Below are positions 12,320-23,518 of a stretch of 39,743 bases of DNA, piece after piece. Source of the stretch: Asterionella formosa (taxonomy: Eukaryota). The notes under the pieces were generated by a model that was not told the origin of the DNA, ran no database searches, and saw only the letters and a list, made by a program, of their open reading frames with translations. The position numbers and the translations under genes are program-made. Numbering within the stretch: position 1 is the first letter of the stretch; every line of letters starts with the position of its first letter. Location: NCBI GenBank assembly GCA_002256025.1, contig NKIB01009122.1, positions 62,001-101,743 of the forward strand. The letters are read 5' to 3'.

Positions 12320-13696
12320 AAAATGTATGCGCATGCGTAATTTGACTTTATTTTATATCTTGTAACAAGTAATAGTGACGTAGCCGGTCATGTTTGCACT
12401 AGCTTTCGCAATATCTCGATGATTCCACATGTCAATGCATACGCTGGAAATAAATATATTATTCGTTTTATCGTTTTGCTAACTAATACTAAATTCCAAA
12501 GTGGCCTTTTTCACTAATGTTGACATTGATCAGGTTGAAAATCATTATCTATGTTTCGAAACTATGAAACATCTGCCAGTTAGGTTATTTGGTTTTTTCC
12601 TTGTTCGTTCATAATGTTGGAAGTACATAACTTCTGAAGATATTGTTGGAAATAGTAGGTTAGCTCACAAGTTACAAATCAAGGCAAGGGCTCAACGATT
12701 TCTCTTCCTGTCATTGACATCAAAGTGCTGCCTTCCATTCTGTATTTTAGACTGGTTCTACATGTGTCTCTGTTACGATTTCAGATACCGGTACTGGTAT
12801 CCACATATTCCGAATGGGTTAATTAATAGGTATGGACTCTCGGTATTCTACTAATGTTTTCCTGATGCATACGACAAAATGTGGCTGGACATAGCACAGC
12901 ATGTACCGTATACCGGTATTCAACAAAAGAAAAGGAAAAACTTGAATCTATTTTACCACATCCTGCATCATCGGCCACATTACCCTCGCTCTAATACCAG
13001 TAGGTCTACCTGGTACCGTGTGGGTGTACGACACCATTAGAAAAACATGGATAAAATTTCATCGAACAGTGGCGATGTAAATTGGCGCGCGGACTGTGAT
13101 GATCCAATCAAACGAGTTCCTTTTCCCTCCCAATTTTGCCTCATGTTCACCCAGCTCTTCATCAGCGTAAGAGGAAGCCACATTCACATTACATTGCATT
13201 GCTTGGCTTTGTTTGAATAGGAGTTAATGTCATTGAAAGTGTTGCTCTTCATTCAAGATGAGCAGAGTATCTAAGAAAGGAAAAGAGGTAAGATGTTATA
13301 GGCGTCACATGATGTCGAAAACCGAAGAGACGGACGCGAACGAAAAGGAATTGGTGCAAATCAATTTCGTAATGCGGTTCTACGTAGGGGTGGTACTTAA
13401 AACATGTGCCAGCCGTCCCAGCGGGAGGCACTCTGACCGGGAGTGTTCACAACAACCTGAATGCTGGGCCGAGCCTGTCTAACACCCTTTCTTTCCCTAA
13501 AAAGCAGTCGGTTCTCTCCTCGCTCGTCAGCATTTCTTCGACTGGTAGAAACGTTTCGAAATCAAAGTCACCGAAAACTGACCCAACGCTCAGCTTTGTC
13601 CGGACTAGTGGCGATAACGGGCAAGGTCAGAATTGCAAACTCGCGGACGAAGGAGTCCGTTCTCCCGCTAGTTCTAAATCCGTCAATTCAGCCAAG

Positions 13697-16600
13697 ATGA
13701 TTACGACCGTCGACGACAATGAAACTTCACAAACAACGACATCCCTAAAAGCTGCAGGAAAGAAATCCTATGTCCAGCTCGCTCACGATGCCATTATTGC
13801 CTTGAAAGATCGGACGGGATCAAGCCAAATGGCCATACAAAAATATTTGCTTGGCAATCATCCAGACTTGGAGGATGGAAAAACCTTTCGGACTCGCGTT
13901 GGTATGGCCCTGAAGAGCGGTGTTACGCAAACACGCTTCATTAAATTGAAGTCAAGCTTCAAAGTCAACACCGAGTGGGTGAAGAGGACCAAGGCCAATC
14001 AAAGGGCTAAAGATAAGGCTCGCAAGGATAGGGATAGAAAGAAACGAGAGGCGGAGAGAAAAGAGATTCAGGACGCTATGCCTGTGAAAAAGGAAGAAAC
14101 GCTCGATGACCTCAAGGATTCACTACCTCAGGATGAATATATAAAAATAAAACAGAAACATGATGATGACGTGGACAAACAACGCAAAAAAGACGTTGCG
14201 GAGCTTCTTAGAAAGGAGCGAGCGGAAAGATTAAGGAAACGGCGTTTCCCTATGGAAGACACCAAACTGCACTTGGAAGACAAGGAGCTTGCGGTCAAGC
14301 CACCAGACGATGTCAAGAAGCGCCCTGGTTTGCCCTACGTATTTCAATTAGTTCGAGATAACAAGAATACAGCAGAGACTCCGTCCCGTTGTCAGTATCT
14401 TGACCATGGTTCTCGTGGGTTGATCCCAGACTTGTTGCAGATCTACCACTTCTTCCGTGGTGATGTTCACTTCAGTCCTACTGACGATCCAATTGTGCCT
14501 GAATTCTCGTTACAGCACTTACTGTTTGCGGTCGATGAAATTTTGAATGGAAATGCTAAGAAATCAAGAATGGTGCCTCCTCTAATTTGCCATTTGTTTG
14601 TCACTTGTCTCGGGCTTTTGACGTCGACACCGATCGCGAAGGAAGCAAACGTTTACGAACGGCGGTTACAGAAGGATTTGGAAAATTTGGCTCTAGCCCT
14701 TGGTCCGCCTAGTTGGGCTGAAATTTGCTGTCAATACATGGAAGCTATGGAACGATACTACACGACGTCAGCCTCTGTAGATCCAAATGTCTTATCTCCT
14801 GGTGTAACTGATATGCTTTTTCTCATGAAAGTCAAGTCAAACCCTGACATTACCGAAATCGAAGGAACGCTTCCAAATGGATACACAGGCTACATTGGTT
14901 CTCCCAATGCTGCCCTCGCCAAGGGACACGTCAAGCTGATGCGTCATGACCCATGGAACCTATCGGCTGATGAACTAATTGCCCTTCTGCGTGCATTGAC
15001 TGAGGATGTGCTGGCGACTCGACCAGAACTAGCAGATGACTTGGCTCAGCGCGATGAACAAATGTATGAATTGATCAAAGCGAAGCGAATAGCAGATTTA
15101 CACTTTCGCAAGATGAGATTGGCGTTCGAAGGTCCCAAGCATAAAGGCAAGGCAAAACCCAAGGAAGAAGAAAAGAAGGATGAATACGCAAAGGAAGAGC
15201 CTACCGATGAACAAGACACCGAAGAACAAGGAGAACTCGATTGCGACAAAGACATAAAGAAAGAGGCGTCGAGGGAATGGAAACCTACTGCTACCAAGAA
15301 GCAATTTGACTCTGCTGTGAAAGCCCAGGAAAAGGCCCATGATGCTTATGAAAAGGGCGTTCGCAACCTTATGGCGAGAACAGATCCTGTTGGATACGAT
15401 AGACATTACAACCGTGTTTATTACTTTCACCACGACCCCCAGATTTTGTACGTTGAAATGATACGCACGCCTACAGGACTTGCCAATCACCTACCGGCCG
15501 ACCTGCAAATTAACCGAACCAGTTGGCATGCTATTGAGAATCGCTCTGTATTTGATCAGTTTGTTGCGAGTTTAGATATCCGCGGCAATCGTGAAAACGA
15601 TCTTTACGAAACAATGGTGGGCCCTGCTGGTGCCAACAAATCTCTCAAACGGCACTTGGTCGATGATATCAAGGAGCAAAGTGTCATAGCAAACCGCAAG
15701 AAAGATCGTGAAGAACTGGAAAGGAAGCGTCAGAATGCAATATTGGCTTGCAAGCTGGAGGAAGAAGGCGGCGGTCGCAGAAGTGGCCGCTTCCAAAGTC
15801 AGAATGAAGCGGATCTAATGCAAATTAATGTTGACATTGACGAAATTGAGAAGAAGATCAAGATTGACGAAACGCCCAAGGTCCCTGACTATTATGAACT
15901 GACAGGAATGAGAGTATTGGAAAAGTTTGATGGCGCTAGCAAGAGGCAGACTCGTCGCAGTCGCGAGAAGAAAGGAGCATCAGAAATCAATTTTCCAATC
16001 ATGCCTTGTAGTAAGCTTTGGCCCACGGGAAACATTGACGGCAGCGGGATAGTTGGCTGGATTGTTTCCGAGCTTTTAAATATTGAGGGACTTTGTGAAA
16101 CTTTGTGTCCTTGGCAGAGAACAGGACCTGGTCGAAAGGGTTGGATCGCAGATGTGGAAGGTACTGTTTATTCTTGGTATACTTCGTCGCCTCCCGCTAT
16201 TGGACCAGAAGGTGACGATGGTCCACGTGATCCATCGCTCTCAGGGACTGCGTCAAGTCGAGCATTTTTAAGTGTTGCTCCGGGAAGGCGCCAGTCTGTT
16301 GAAAGTTCAACTTCTGATGGAAAGAGGCGTAAGTTGGAGAGCCCCATATCGATGCTAGGAAATTTTAGTCAAGTATCCCCAGCTTCAGTTTTAAGTACCT
16401 TGAAGAATCCACTCTTGGAGTTAGAGGAGCGAATCTACGAATTGACTGGTTTGGCCACCGCCGAACGTGATGCTGGCGAGGCTGACGACAACATGTCAAC
16501 CGCTTCAGATGACGAAGAGGAGAATCACGCAAAGCAGATGAATCTCTGGAAGAAGAAGATCTTTATCATTCGCAACATGCCAGCGAAGAAACACACACAA

Positions 16601-17488
16601 GTTCGGGAGCTCCTCGTTGAAGCAATTTCTGCTGCAAGAAAAGCACACCTTCCGGCTGTTGTTGGAAAGCTGCGTTCTGCCCTCTTATTACACCAGCCCA
16701 GCGCCTCTGGTGACTGCAAGGCCGCTGCCCTAGCGATTCTTCAGGAATATGGGGGTTACGAAGTCGAAGACGAAAGTGACGACGAGATTGACGAAGAGGA
16801 AGGCAAGGAAGCTGAGGACGAGGCAGTGCATTCCTTACTCGACACGGAAGCAATGATGCTTACTGGCAGTCTCAACGGGGATGAGATGGCCAACCGCTTG
16901 GACTGGATTGAAGGTGTTAAGGATTGCAAGACCCTTTCTCGTTTTGCTGCACTTGTTCTTGCGTTCTCGCGCAACGCCACCAGTAGGCTTGAGAAGATAA
17001 GGGACGAATCCACTGCATTATTCCATGTCCTGGATGGGTACGAGAAGGAACAGGATCGCGCGAACCGTATACGAGGAAATGGCAAGGCCAAAGCCCCACC
17101 CAAAAAGGCACCATTGCATGCGACAGAAGTGTGGGCCAATGTCCACATAACAGACGAATTTTGTATGGTCAAACTCGATGGTTCACCCTGGTGGCCTGCT
17201 CGTAAATGCGTAGCGAAGGACAAGGCCATACAAAATCGGATTACCTCTCTTGACCTTGAATTGCTTTCTGTTCTAGGTGAAGAGCAAGAAGGCGGCTTCC
17301 GCATTGTCAAATCGGAACTGGTAAGGAAATTTTCGGAAGAGCCTATTGATGAAGATCTAAGTGAGTATCCCAAATGGACTCGCAATCAGTTAGAGGAGTT
17401 TTTGGCTACATCTCGCAGAATCATTAGGGGGCGCACGAAGGCTAACTGCGATGTGGGGTTTGTGGAAGAAAAGAAGACAGCCAAATAG
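13697..17488 (+). CDS. Large chromatin protein: linker-histone H1/H5 globular (H15) domain + DDT-like + WHIM1 + WSD (WHIM2/3) + PWWP
   Basis: H15: SYVQLAHDAIIALKDRTGSSQMAIQKYL...ALKSGV...SFKV. DDT-like: DLLQIYHFF..FSLQHL. WHIM1: LSADELIALLRALTEDVL. WSD: PVGYDRHYNRVYYF..WHAI..SLDIRGNRENDL. PWWP: VKLDGSPWWPAR. The first in-frame ATG is at 13697; the track start at 13406 is a GTG. Confidence 0.85.
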   Translation: MITTVDDNETSQTTTSLKAAGKKSYVQLAHDAIIALKDRTGSSQMAIQKYLLGNHPDLEDGKTFRTRVGMALKSGVTQTRFIKLKSSFKVNTEWVKRTKANQRAKDKARKDRDRKKREAERKEIQDAMPVKKEETLDDLKDSLPQDEYIKIKQKHDDDVDKQRKKDVAELLRKERAERLRKRRFPMEDTKLHLEDKELAVKPPDDVKKRPGLPYVFQLVRDNKNTAETPSRCQYLDHGSRGLIPDLLQIYHFFRGDVHFSPTDDPIVPEFSLQHLLFAVDEILNGNAKKSRMVPPLICHLFVTCLGLLTSTPIAKEANVYERRLQKDLENLALALGPPSWAEICCQYMEAMERYYTTSASVDPNVLSPGVTDMLFLMKVKSNPDITEIEGTLPNGYTGYIGSPNAALAKGHVKLMRHDPWNLSADELIALLRALTEDVLATRPELADDLAQRDEQMYELIKAKRIADLHFRKMRLAFEGPKHKGKAKPKEEEKKDEYAKEEPTDEQDTEEQGELDCDKDIKKEASREWKPTATKKQFDSAVKAQEKAHDAYEKGVRNLMARTDPVGYDRHYNRVYYFHHDPQILYVEMIRTPTGLANHLPADLQINRTSWHAIENRSVFDQFVASLDIRGNRENDLYETMVGPAGANKSLKRHLVDDIKEQSVIANRKKDREELERKRQNAILACKLEEEGGGRRSGRFQSQNEADLMQINVDIDEIEKKIKIDETPKVPDYYELTGMRVLEKFDGASKRQTRRSREKKGASEINFPIMPCSKLWPTGNIDGSGIVGWIVSELLNIEGLCETLCPWQRTGPGRKGWIADVEGTVYSWYTSSPPAIGPEGDDGPRDPSLSGTASSRAFLSVAPGRRQSVESSTSDGKRRKLESPISMLGNFSQVSPASVLSTLKNPLLELEERIYELTGLATAERDAGEADDNMSTASDDEEENHAKQMNLWKKKIFIIRNMPAKKHTQVRELLVEAISAARKAHLPAVVGKLRSALLLHQPSASGDCKAAALAILQEYGGYEVEDESDDEIDEEEGKEAEDEAVHSLLDTEAMMLTGSLNGDEMANRLDWIEGVKDCKTLSRFAALVLAFSRNATSRLEKIRDESTALFHVLDGYEKEQDRANRIRGNGKAKAPPKKAPLHATEVWANVHITDEFCMVKLDGSPWWPARKCVAKDKAIQNRITSLDLELLSVLGEEQEGGFRIVKSELVRKFSEEPIDEDLSEYPKWTRNQLEEFLATSRRIIRGRTKANCDVGFVEEKKTAK

Positions 17489-17683
17489 AGCACACACGTA
17501 GATAGTATTTTTAAAAGATGGGAAAACTTAGACATATACAAGCATCCCTTTTCTGAGTTTACAGAATTGGGTTGACTGCTTTGCAAAAAAACTGTCAACG
17601 AGCAGTCGATTTCAGAAGATATTGCAATCCATGCTAGTTGATGTGTTGATTCGTCCCATGTAAACGCCCTCGTAGATATCGCC

Positions 17684-19015
17684 TTATTTCTTGACCTCGC
17701 CCATAGCATCTTGGGCGTATGCAAAAAGGGACTGGTGCCAAATATCGAAACTCCACAAATAATCTAAATCACCATCATCAGTTTTCGCAGCTGCCATGAA
17801 TTTCAATGGCTGACCATTGGTGCATGGAGCAAGGTTCACTTTACCAATGACTGAACCCATATCTAAAGCAAAGCTGTCGCCGAACATCAGTAAATGTTGA
17901 TAAAATTCAAATGTGTACTCCTTGCCCACCTCAAATTTTGGATCCTCTGCCTTGGATGCCGCAATGCTATTCAATGCCTTCTTACGAGCTTTTTGACGGC
18001 TGACCGTACTACTATTACTGTTGTCGATCTGTTTACATCCCAAAGTCTGCATGAGAGATTCAGGATCACCAGATGAGGGTTCTTCAATGCTTGCCTCAAT
18101 ATCCTTGCTACCTTGATAAATTTTGTAATTCCTCAGTTTCTCATCATTCACTTCCCCCACATTTATTTCATCACCAACTTTCTTGCACAAGACCGTATGA
18201 GCCGTAGCACATAACGGGGTCAGGAATTTCGGCGTCGTCCCGTTAATGGTTGCCTCCAGCTGAGGTGCGAGTGTACTAACAAACTTGATGAAGGAGGAAA
18301 CAACCCATCGTGCTGGCAACTTACCAGCTGGTCGATCAAAGAGTTGCCCCGTGACACATTTAGAATATGACAGGGGCGCTTTGAACTTTCCCTTGACAAT
18401 GGCTTGAAATCTTCTTTTCTTGCCATCAAAATAACTTTGAGTGGATTGAGTATCCTTAGTGTTTGGTGGGGCTTCCTTGATGCGCATTAGTAGAGTCCCG
18501 ACAAAGTTGTTGGATTCAAAGTCAATGACTAGAGATTTTCCCTGCACTTCAGCACCGGTGTTGATCGGGAGAATGCATCCAGCGCAAAACCCTTTAAAAT
18601 GCTGATAGTCTGACGAGCTTGCGAAGCGAATCCCCCGAATGTTGGTGCTTGTATTCGGGGTTGGACGCAACATGATGGGTGACTGAGGCCACTTGGAGGG
18701 ATGGCTGGGAAGGGCCTTGTGAGTGTCTTTACAGGGGTATGCGTGCTCGTTATGAATAGGCAAACAATGTGGAGGCTCAGGAGGAAGTGAAGTTACAACG
18801 TGAGGACCTCCTAGTTCAAGTTGTTTCGCAAACATTTCCATTAGCTGTCCTTCCACCATCGAGATCCGTTTCAGAACGGCTTCATCTGCCTCTACCTCCT
18901 CATTTTCAGCGTCACTGGACGTCGATTGAAGCGACGAGTGCGGGGACGAGGGCGGTGTTGATGCGTTTGCCTCTCGCAAGCCGGAAATGGCTTCGTTCAT
19001 ATCTGATTCTTCCAT
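17684..19015 (-). CDS. DUF1769-family protein; 5' end uncertain (frame open to about 19150, possible upstream exon)
   Basis: Motifs FESNNFVGTLLMRIK, YFDGKKRRFQAIVKGKFK, GQLFDRP, YTFEFYQHLL, GQPLKFMA and YLWSFDIWH. The first ATG is at 19015. A CTAAT..AG acceptor-like sequence lies near 19155-19180. Confidence 0.78.
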   Translation of the reverse strand: MEESDMNEAISGLREANASTPPSSPHSSLQSTSSDAENEEVEADEAVLKRISMVEGQLMEMFAKQLELGGPHVVTSLPPEPPHCLPIHNEHAYPCKDTHKALPSHPSKWPQSPIMLRPTPNTSTNIRGIRFASSSDYQHFKGFCAGCILPINTGAEVQGKSLVIDFESNNFVGTLLMRIKEAPPNTKDTQSTQSYFDGKKRRFQAIVKGKFKAPLSYSKCVTGQLFDRPAGKLPARWVVSSFIKFVSTLAPQLEATINGTTPKFLTPLCATAHTVLCKKVGDEINVGEVNDEKLRNYKIYQGSKDIEASIEEPSSGDPESLMQTLGCKQIDNSNSSTVSRQKARKKALNSIAASKAEDPKFEVGKEYTFEFYQHLLMFGDSFALDMGSVIGKVNLAPCTNGQPLKFMAAAKTDDGDLDYLWSFDIWHQSLFAYAQDAMGEVKK

Positions 19016-20789
19016 GATACAACAAGACTTCGCACTACAAGCTGATGATGCGCAGTCTAATAGTGACTCTAGCCAACCAGGATTGTTGCGAATGGGATCT
19101 GCAATTGTTGCGTGCGGTGACGGATGCTGATACAATCGTCGTGATGGCTTTCTTGGTTTGTGAGAGCAGTGTTATTAGTAAATAGTATGGAGTATACTTG
19201 AGTAATATTTGTGAATTTAATGATCATACCGTTAGCTTCGCTCGCGGTCTAACCTAACCTGCACAGGGACATGCATGTACTTTATTCCCGACGAGGCAGA
19301 TTTGCATATTCTGTTACGACTTGATAAAAATTGTACCGGTGCGTATACAAAATGTGAAAACGACAAGAATGCTCAGGCTCAAACGAGGTGTAACTTTGCA
19401 GCGTTCAGTTCTTCGTTTTGCAGTCCTGAGTCAGTACACTATTAAGTATACACAAATTCTGTTCATGGACATAATGAAACCTGAGAAGTATGGTTTTCGG
19501 ATTGCTACATTGCTTCTTTGTGAGCTCACCTGCAAAGTTCTTAGTACAGCATGCCTGACGATGTCAGAGTGTGTCTGTTAGGCTGTTGATGTCGACAGGT
19601 GTCCGAAGACTAGGTAGTCTGAGGAATGTCTAAACGGGAATAGACAGGATTTATATAGCAGAATAATCTGCAGACGAGCGGTGCGAGAAAGATCTTGACC
19701 GGTCATTCCAGGGCAGTACTGGAGCGCGCTAGAGTAGGCGCCATATATTTTAACATGACGATACTATTACCTGATACAGGACATACGCGCAGGTACCGGA
19801 GGCTACTACCGGTACTAGCTGGCACTCTATGATATCGGATTCTTTCCACCTAGACTGATTTCAGTCTAATAGACTGGATTCAGTCTCAGTTTTCAATCCC
19901 TTGCCCCTAGCTCAATTCAATGGATATTTCATTTCTGAAAAGTTAATCTAAATCTACAGAACTGGATGTTTCTGGAGGTATGCATGGCAATAAGCTTTTA
20001 TCAGGGTTTAAAAAATTATAAATACATAAGTAGTCTGCCTGCCAAAAATCTCAAAAATATCTGTGCAGGATGGCGCGAAAACAAAATTTGACAATGGGCA
20101 AAGGTGCCGTCGTTTCATGCCTTTCCAAGTACGTTCACCCATAGCTGTGGGTCCGAAATCATCATGTGAACATCGCAAAAGACCGTAGACTTGAAAGAAT
20201 GACATTTCGGCAGAGGGAGCTCAAGGAAATCAGACGAGGTAAGGATGCAATGGCCATTATGGTCACTGCTCCCGGGACTGTAGATGATGTTGATACGACT
20301 GAGCTGTATGCCCTTGAAAATGACTTCTAGGTCATTTCCGATGGTTTCCAGACACCTTTTACTATAATGAAGGCGATTATTTACTTGAGGAGGCAGCAGA
20401 AGGTGAAGTGATGCCTTCAGAGCTTCTCAAACTTGTCAAGTGTACTAGTAGCTATTGGCGCAGTTCTTGACACTGAGGATATTGCCATCCCAGCTAGATT
20501 TTTTGATATTGGCGTTGATAATGCCCCAGCATCTGAAAATGTTTTTCCACAATGAAATTGCAAACAATTTGTTTGACAATGAGTGAGATATGTCAGGAAG
20601 TCGTGACAGGAGCCAGTTGAAAGGATCAAAGGCAGAGCATCCAATATTTTCATCATTTCCAATTCATCGGAAGTCGACTGCCTTCCAGTTATTTGATTTA
20701 ATCTTTCCTTCGGAGCTCTGGAATGATTCAATTATTTTTATCATTGATCAAGAGGTAGAGGGCAAACCTGTAACCACTCATTTGGATTG

Positions 20790-21350
20790 AAAGAATGGTG
20801 GAATGAGGATGGTGGAGGGGAACGTGTGCGTAGATCATGAATAACAGAAAAAGATGATGACATTTACAGTGGTTTTCTACCACCACTACAATTTTCGGCA
20901 TGCAGTTGACGATCATAATGCAACGAGGCATTCCTCAATTAGTTTGGAGGTGGAATGGGCGACAAAATGGTGGCCAAATAGAATTTTTGCATTCCTCCTT
21001 TCAGTCACGGAAGTAAATGCCATGCTGGCATATTAACACTTCTGCATTGAGAAGGTTGATAGCATGCTCGGTTTTCGCAAGCTTTTGCAGAGGCATTAAT
21101 ATGTAATCATTATTACAAAGAAGAAGACAGAGAATCGCCTAGAAGGTCGTCAAGATTGACTATAAATGCTGAGCACATTGTTTTCCAGTTACCCAGAGGC
21201 AAGAAAATTTTCGGGACAGAGGTTGTGGTTCTGACAGCTCCCACCTCCAAAGTACATGTGCAGACTGGAAAATGATGACTTGGACATGTTGTGTATGGTC
21301 AATGGGTATACTTCGATATGTTGATTGTTGTTTACATCATTCCATTGAAG
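20790..21350 (+). pseudogene. piggyBac-like DDE transposase relic, C-terminal part
   Basis: YHHYNFRHAVDDHNATRHSSISLEVEWATKWWPNRIFAFLLSVTEVNAMLAY* followed by MLGFRKLL and a Cys-containing tail. The frame is broken by stops and frameshifts. Confidence 0.7.
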
Positions 21351-21420
21351 CAGCATTGAGTCCTTCCAGTCCAGACTGATCTGTGTCTGCAGAGTTTTTC
21401 ATGTTGTGACTGACACACAA

Positions 21421-21683
21421 CGACTGGAAGAACCGGAAAGTTGGGCTGTCATTGACACTCTTGATTCAGAACAGGAAATACATGACCAACAGAGCTTTCT
21501 GTTACTTGCAGCAGTTGCCTTATCATGTTGTCTGGCTGATGATTATCATTACTCAAATGAGAATGACAAATCGACTGGAAGAACCGGAAAGTTGGGCTGT
21601 CATTGACACTTTTGATTCAGAACAGGAAATACAGCATGACCAACAGAGCTTTCTGTTACTTGCAGCATTTGCCCTATCATGTT
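21421..21683 (+). repeat. Direct duplication, about 110 bp units with a period of 151 bp
   Basis: CGACTGGAAGAACCGGAAAGTTGGGCTGTCATTGACACT... occurs at 21421 and 21572. Confidence 0.9.
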
Positions 21684-22495
21684 TGGAATCCTACTAGTTC
21701 AGGACAAACTCAAAGCCAGTGCAATCAGCAAAATGGGAGCATCAATGATGACTTGACTGGAATGATCATGATGTCATAAAGCTTCTCCACAAGAATAGGT
21801 TTTATTGTGAATATTGCAAGTCTCTTCAAGCTTTCAATCACCTTCTGGAGCTACATCAAACTTCCATCACAGTTGATGCTATAGTTGATGCTGTTAAATC
21901 CATTGCAAGTTCCAGTTTATTCAGCACAAATCGGCATATTTATCCTAAGTTGATCCTTGCCGTCGGCCTTTATTGGTTTGCAGGCGGAAACATCATTGAC
22001 ATTTGCCATGTCTATGGAGTTTCTTATCCTTCTGTTTATGCAATTGCTCAAAAATTCCTTGATGCTGTGAACTCTTTCCCAGAACTATCAATTAAGTTCC
22101 CAGCAACAAACAAAGAGAACCAAGCTTCTTGAAAAAAGCTCACAGCAACTATTTTGTGGATGCGTTGGGGTGCAAAAGATGGATACTTACAGTCTATCAC
22201 CAAACCAAGAAAAATGGATTGTGGTGGTGATAGCTTCCCTCAAGCATATTTGTCTGGGCATTATATGTCATATGGATTAAACGTCCAAGCTGTTTGTGAC
22301 AGTAATTGTTGTTTCCTAGTATACTTCGGTGTCGTGGCACCAGGAAAATGTCCATATCAGAAGGCATTTGGAAGGCCACAGCTTTTTCAGATTATATCCA
22401 ACCTGGATCCAGGACCATATATTGGAGGTGATGTCGTTGCTGCTTAATACACATTGACTGATCAAGTGGTCCTCTGTCCCTTTGCTGGCTGGAAG

Positions 22496-22807
22496 TCAAA
22501 GAGAATCAACAAACAAAGATCCATATTACTATTTTCTTTTGCAACTATGCATTTGCATTGAGATGACGTTTGGGTTGCTCACCAACAAATGAAGGATCCT
22601 GAGGACATCCTTGTCCTTCATTCTGAAAAAACCAGTTGTTATTCTTTGTTGAGATTCAAAGAGATTCAACAAACAAAGATGCAAACAACTATTTTCTTTC
22701 GCAACTACATATTTGCATTGAGATGACATTTGGGTTGCTCACCAATAAATGGAGGACCCTAAGGACATCCTTGTCCATAACCCTGCAGAAATCAGTTGTT
22801 ATTCTTT
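22496..22807 (+). repeat. Tandem duplication with a period of 160 bp, covering the Harbinger catalytic Glu region
   Basis: TCAAAGAGA(A/T)TCAACAAACAAAGAT...ATTTGCATTGAGATGAC(G/A)TTTGGGTTGCTCACCAA...CAGTTGTTATTCTTT occurs twice. Confidence 0.9.
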
Positions 22808-23350
22808 CTGCTTTTGCCTGCTTACACAATTTCGAATACTCATGGATGTTGATAAAAAGAAGGAACTTGTTAATGGTTTTGAATTTCTGACCAAGTTGGA
22901 GTGCATTTGTTGATGCAATGCCCAATTCTCCTCTTGGGTGGGCTTATCATCCAACTGTCAGGAAATTGGATGTATTAGAAGGTACTTCACAAATTCGGCA
23001 AATTTATTCTTGATGTTGTCACCAACAATGGGGTTAAGGCAGTCTCCAGCTAATGTGTTGCACCAACAATGTGAACTGACTGAAATAGGATTAATGTAGC
23101 ATACAAACAAGAAGTGGAAGAAATTTGATTCCAAGGTAATAACAACTAAAAATAGAATTATAATAGAACCTTCCTTTTTATTGAAACAGGTCTTATAATG
23201 AGCAGCCATTTAGAAATTCCATAACCTCCTACAATTGTTCACTATCCGCAACTTGCTGGTACATTTTACCAGCACCTCCACAGTGAATACTACCAACCCG
23301 GCATGTTGCTTCCCGGCCTCTGCCTCATCATTTAGTGCCACAGAAATATT

Positions 23351-23412
23351 GGAGGGGGGGGGNNNNNNNNNNCCCCACCACCACCCCCCCCCCCCCCCCC
23401 CCCCGCCCCCCG

Positions 23413-23458
<46 letters not shown>

Positions 23459-23478
23459 CCCCCCCCCCCCCCCCCCCC
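23351..23478. other. Assembly gap (10 N) flanked by poly-G and poly-C; low-quality sequence
   Basis: The N run at 23363-23372 is followed by about 105 nt of near-pure C. Confidence 0.9.
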
Positions 23479-23518
23479 AGATAGGTGAAGAATGTACCAA
23501 AGAAGAAAAAAGTAGTCA

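Larger units (their letters stand above)
21406..23099 (+). pseudogene. PIF/Harbinger (HARBI1-like DDE) transposase pseudogene with two internal tandem duplications
   Basis: Fragments in order: LAVGLYWFAGGNIIDIC..GVSYPSVY; GCVGAKDG; YLSGHYMSYGLNVQAVCDSNCCF; IGGD..AY; YFLSQLHICIEMTFGLLTNKWRTL; CLHNF. Many stops and frameshifts. Confidence 0.88.

Noticed and set aside
11227..12334. Long antisense ORFs over tsf (and similar ones over other CDSs)
   Set aside because: These are shadow frames of real genes with no independent motifs.
13406..13696. 97-aa N-terminal extension of the H15 protein
   Set aside because: It starts at GTG, has no ATG and is low complexity; it is likely 5' UTR unless an upstream exon exists.
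19460..19755. Possible solo LTR (TGTT...TAACA)
   Set aside because: No target-site duplication found for the candidate boundaries I tried.
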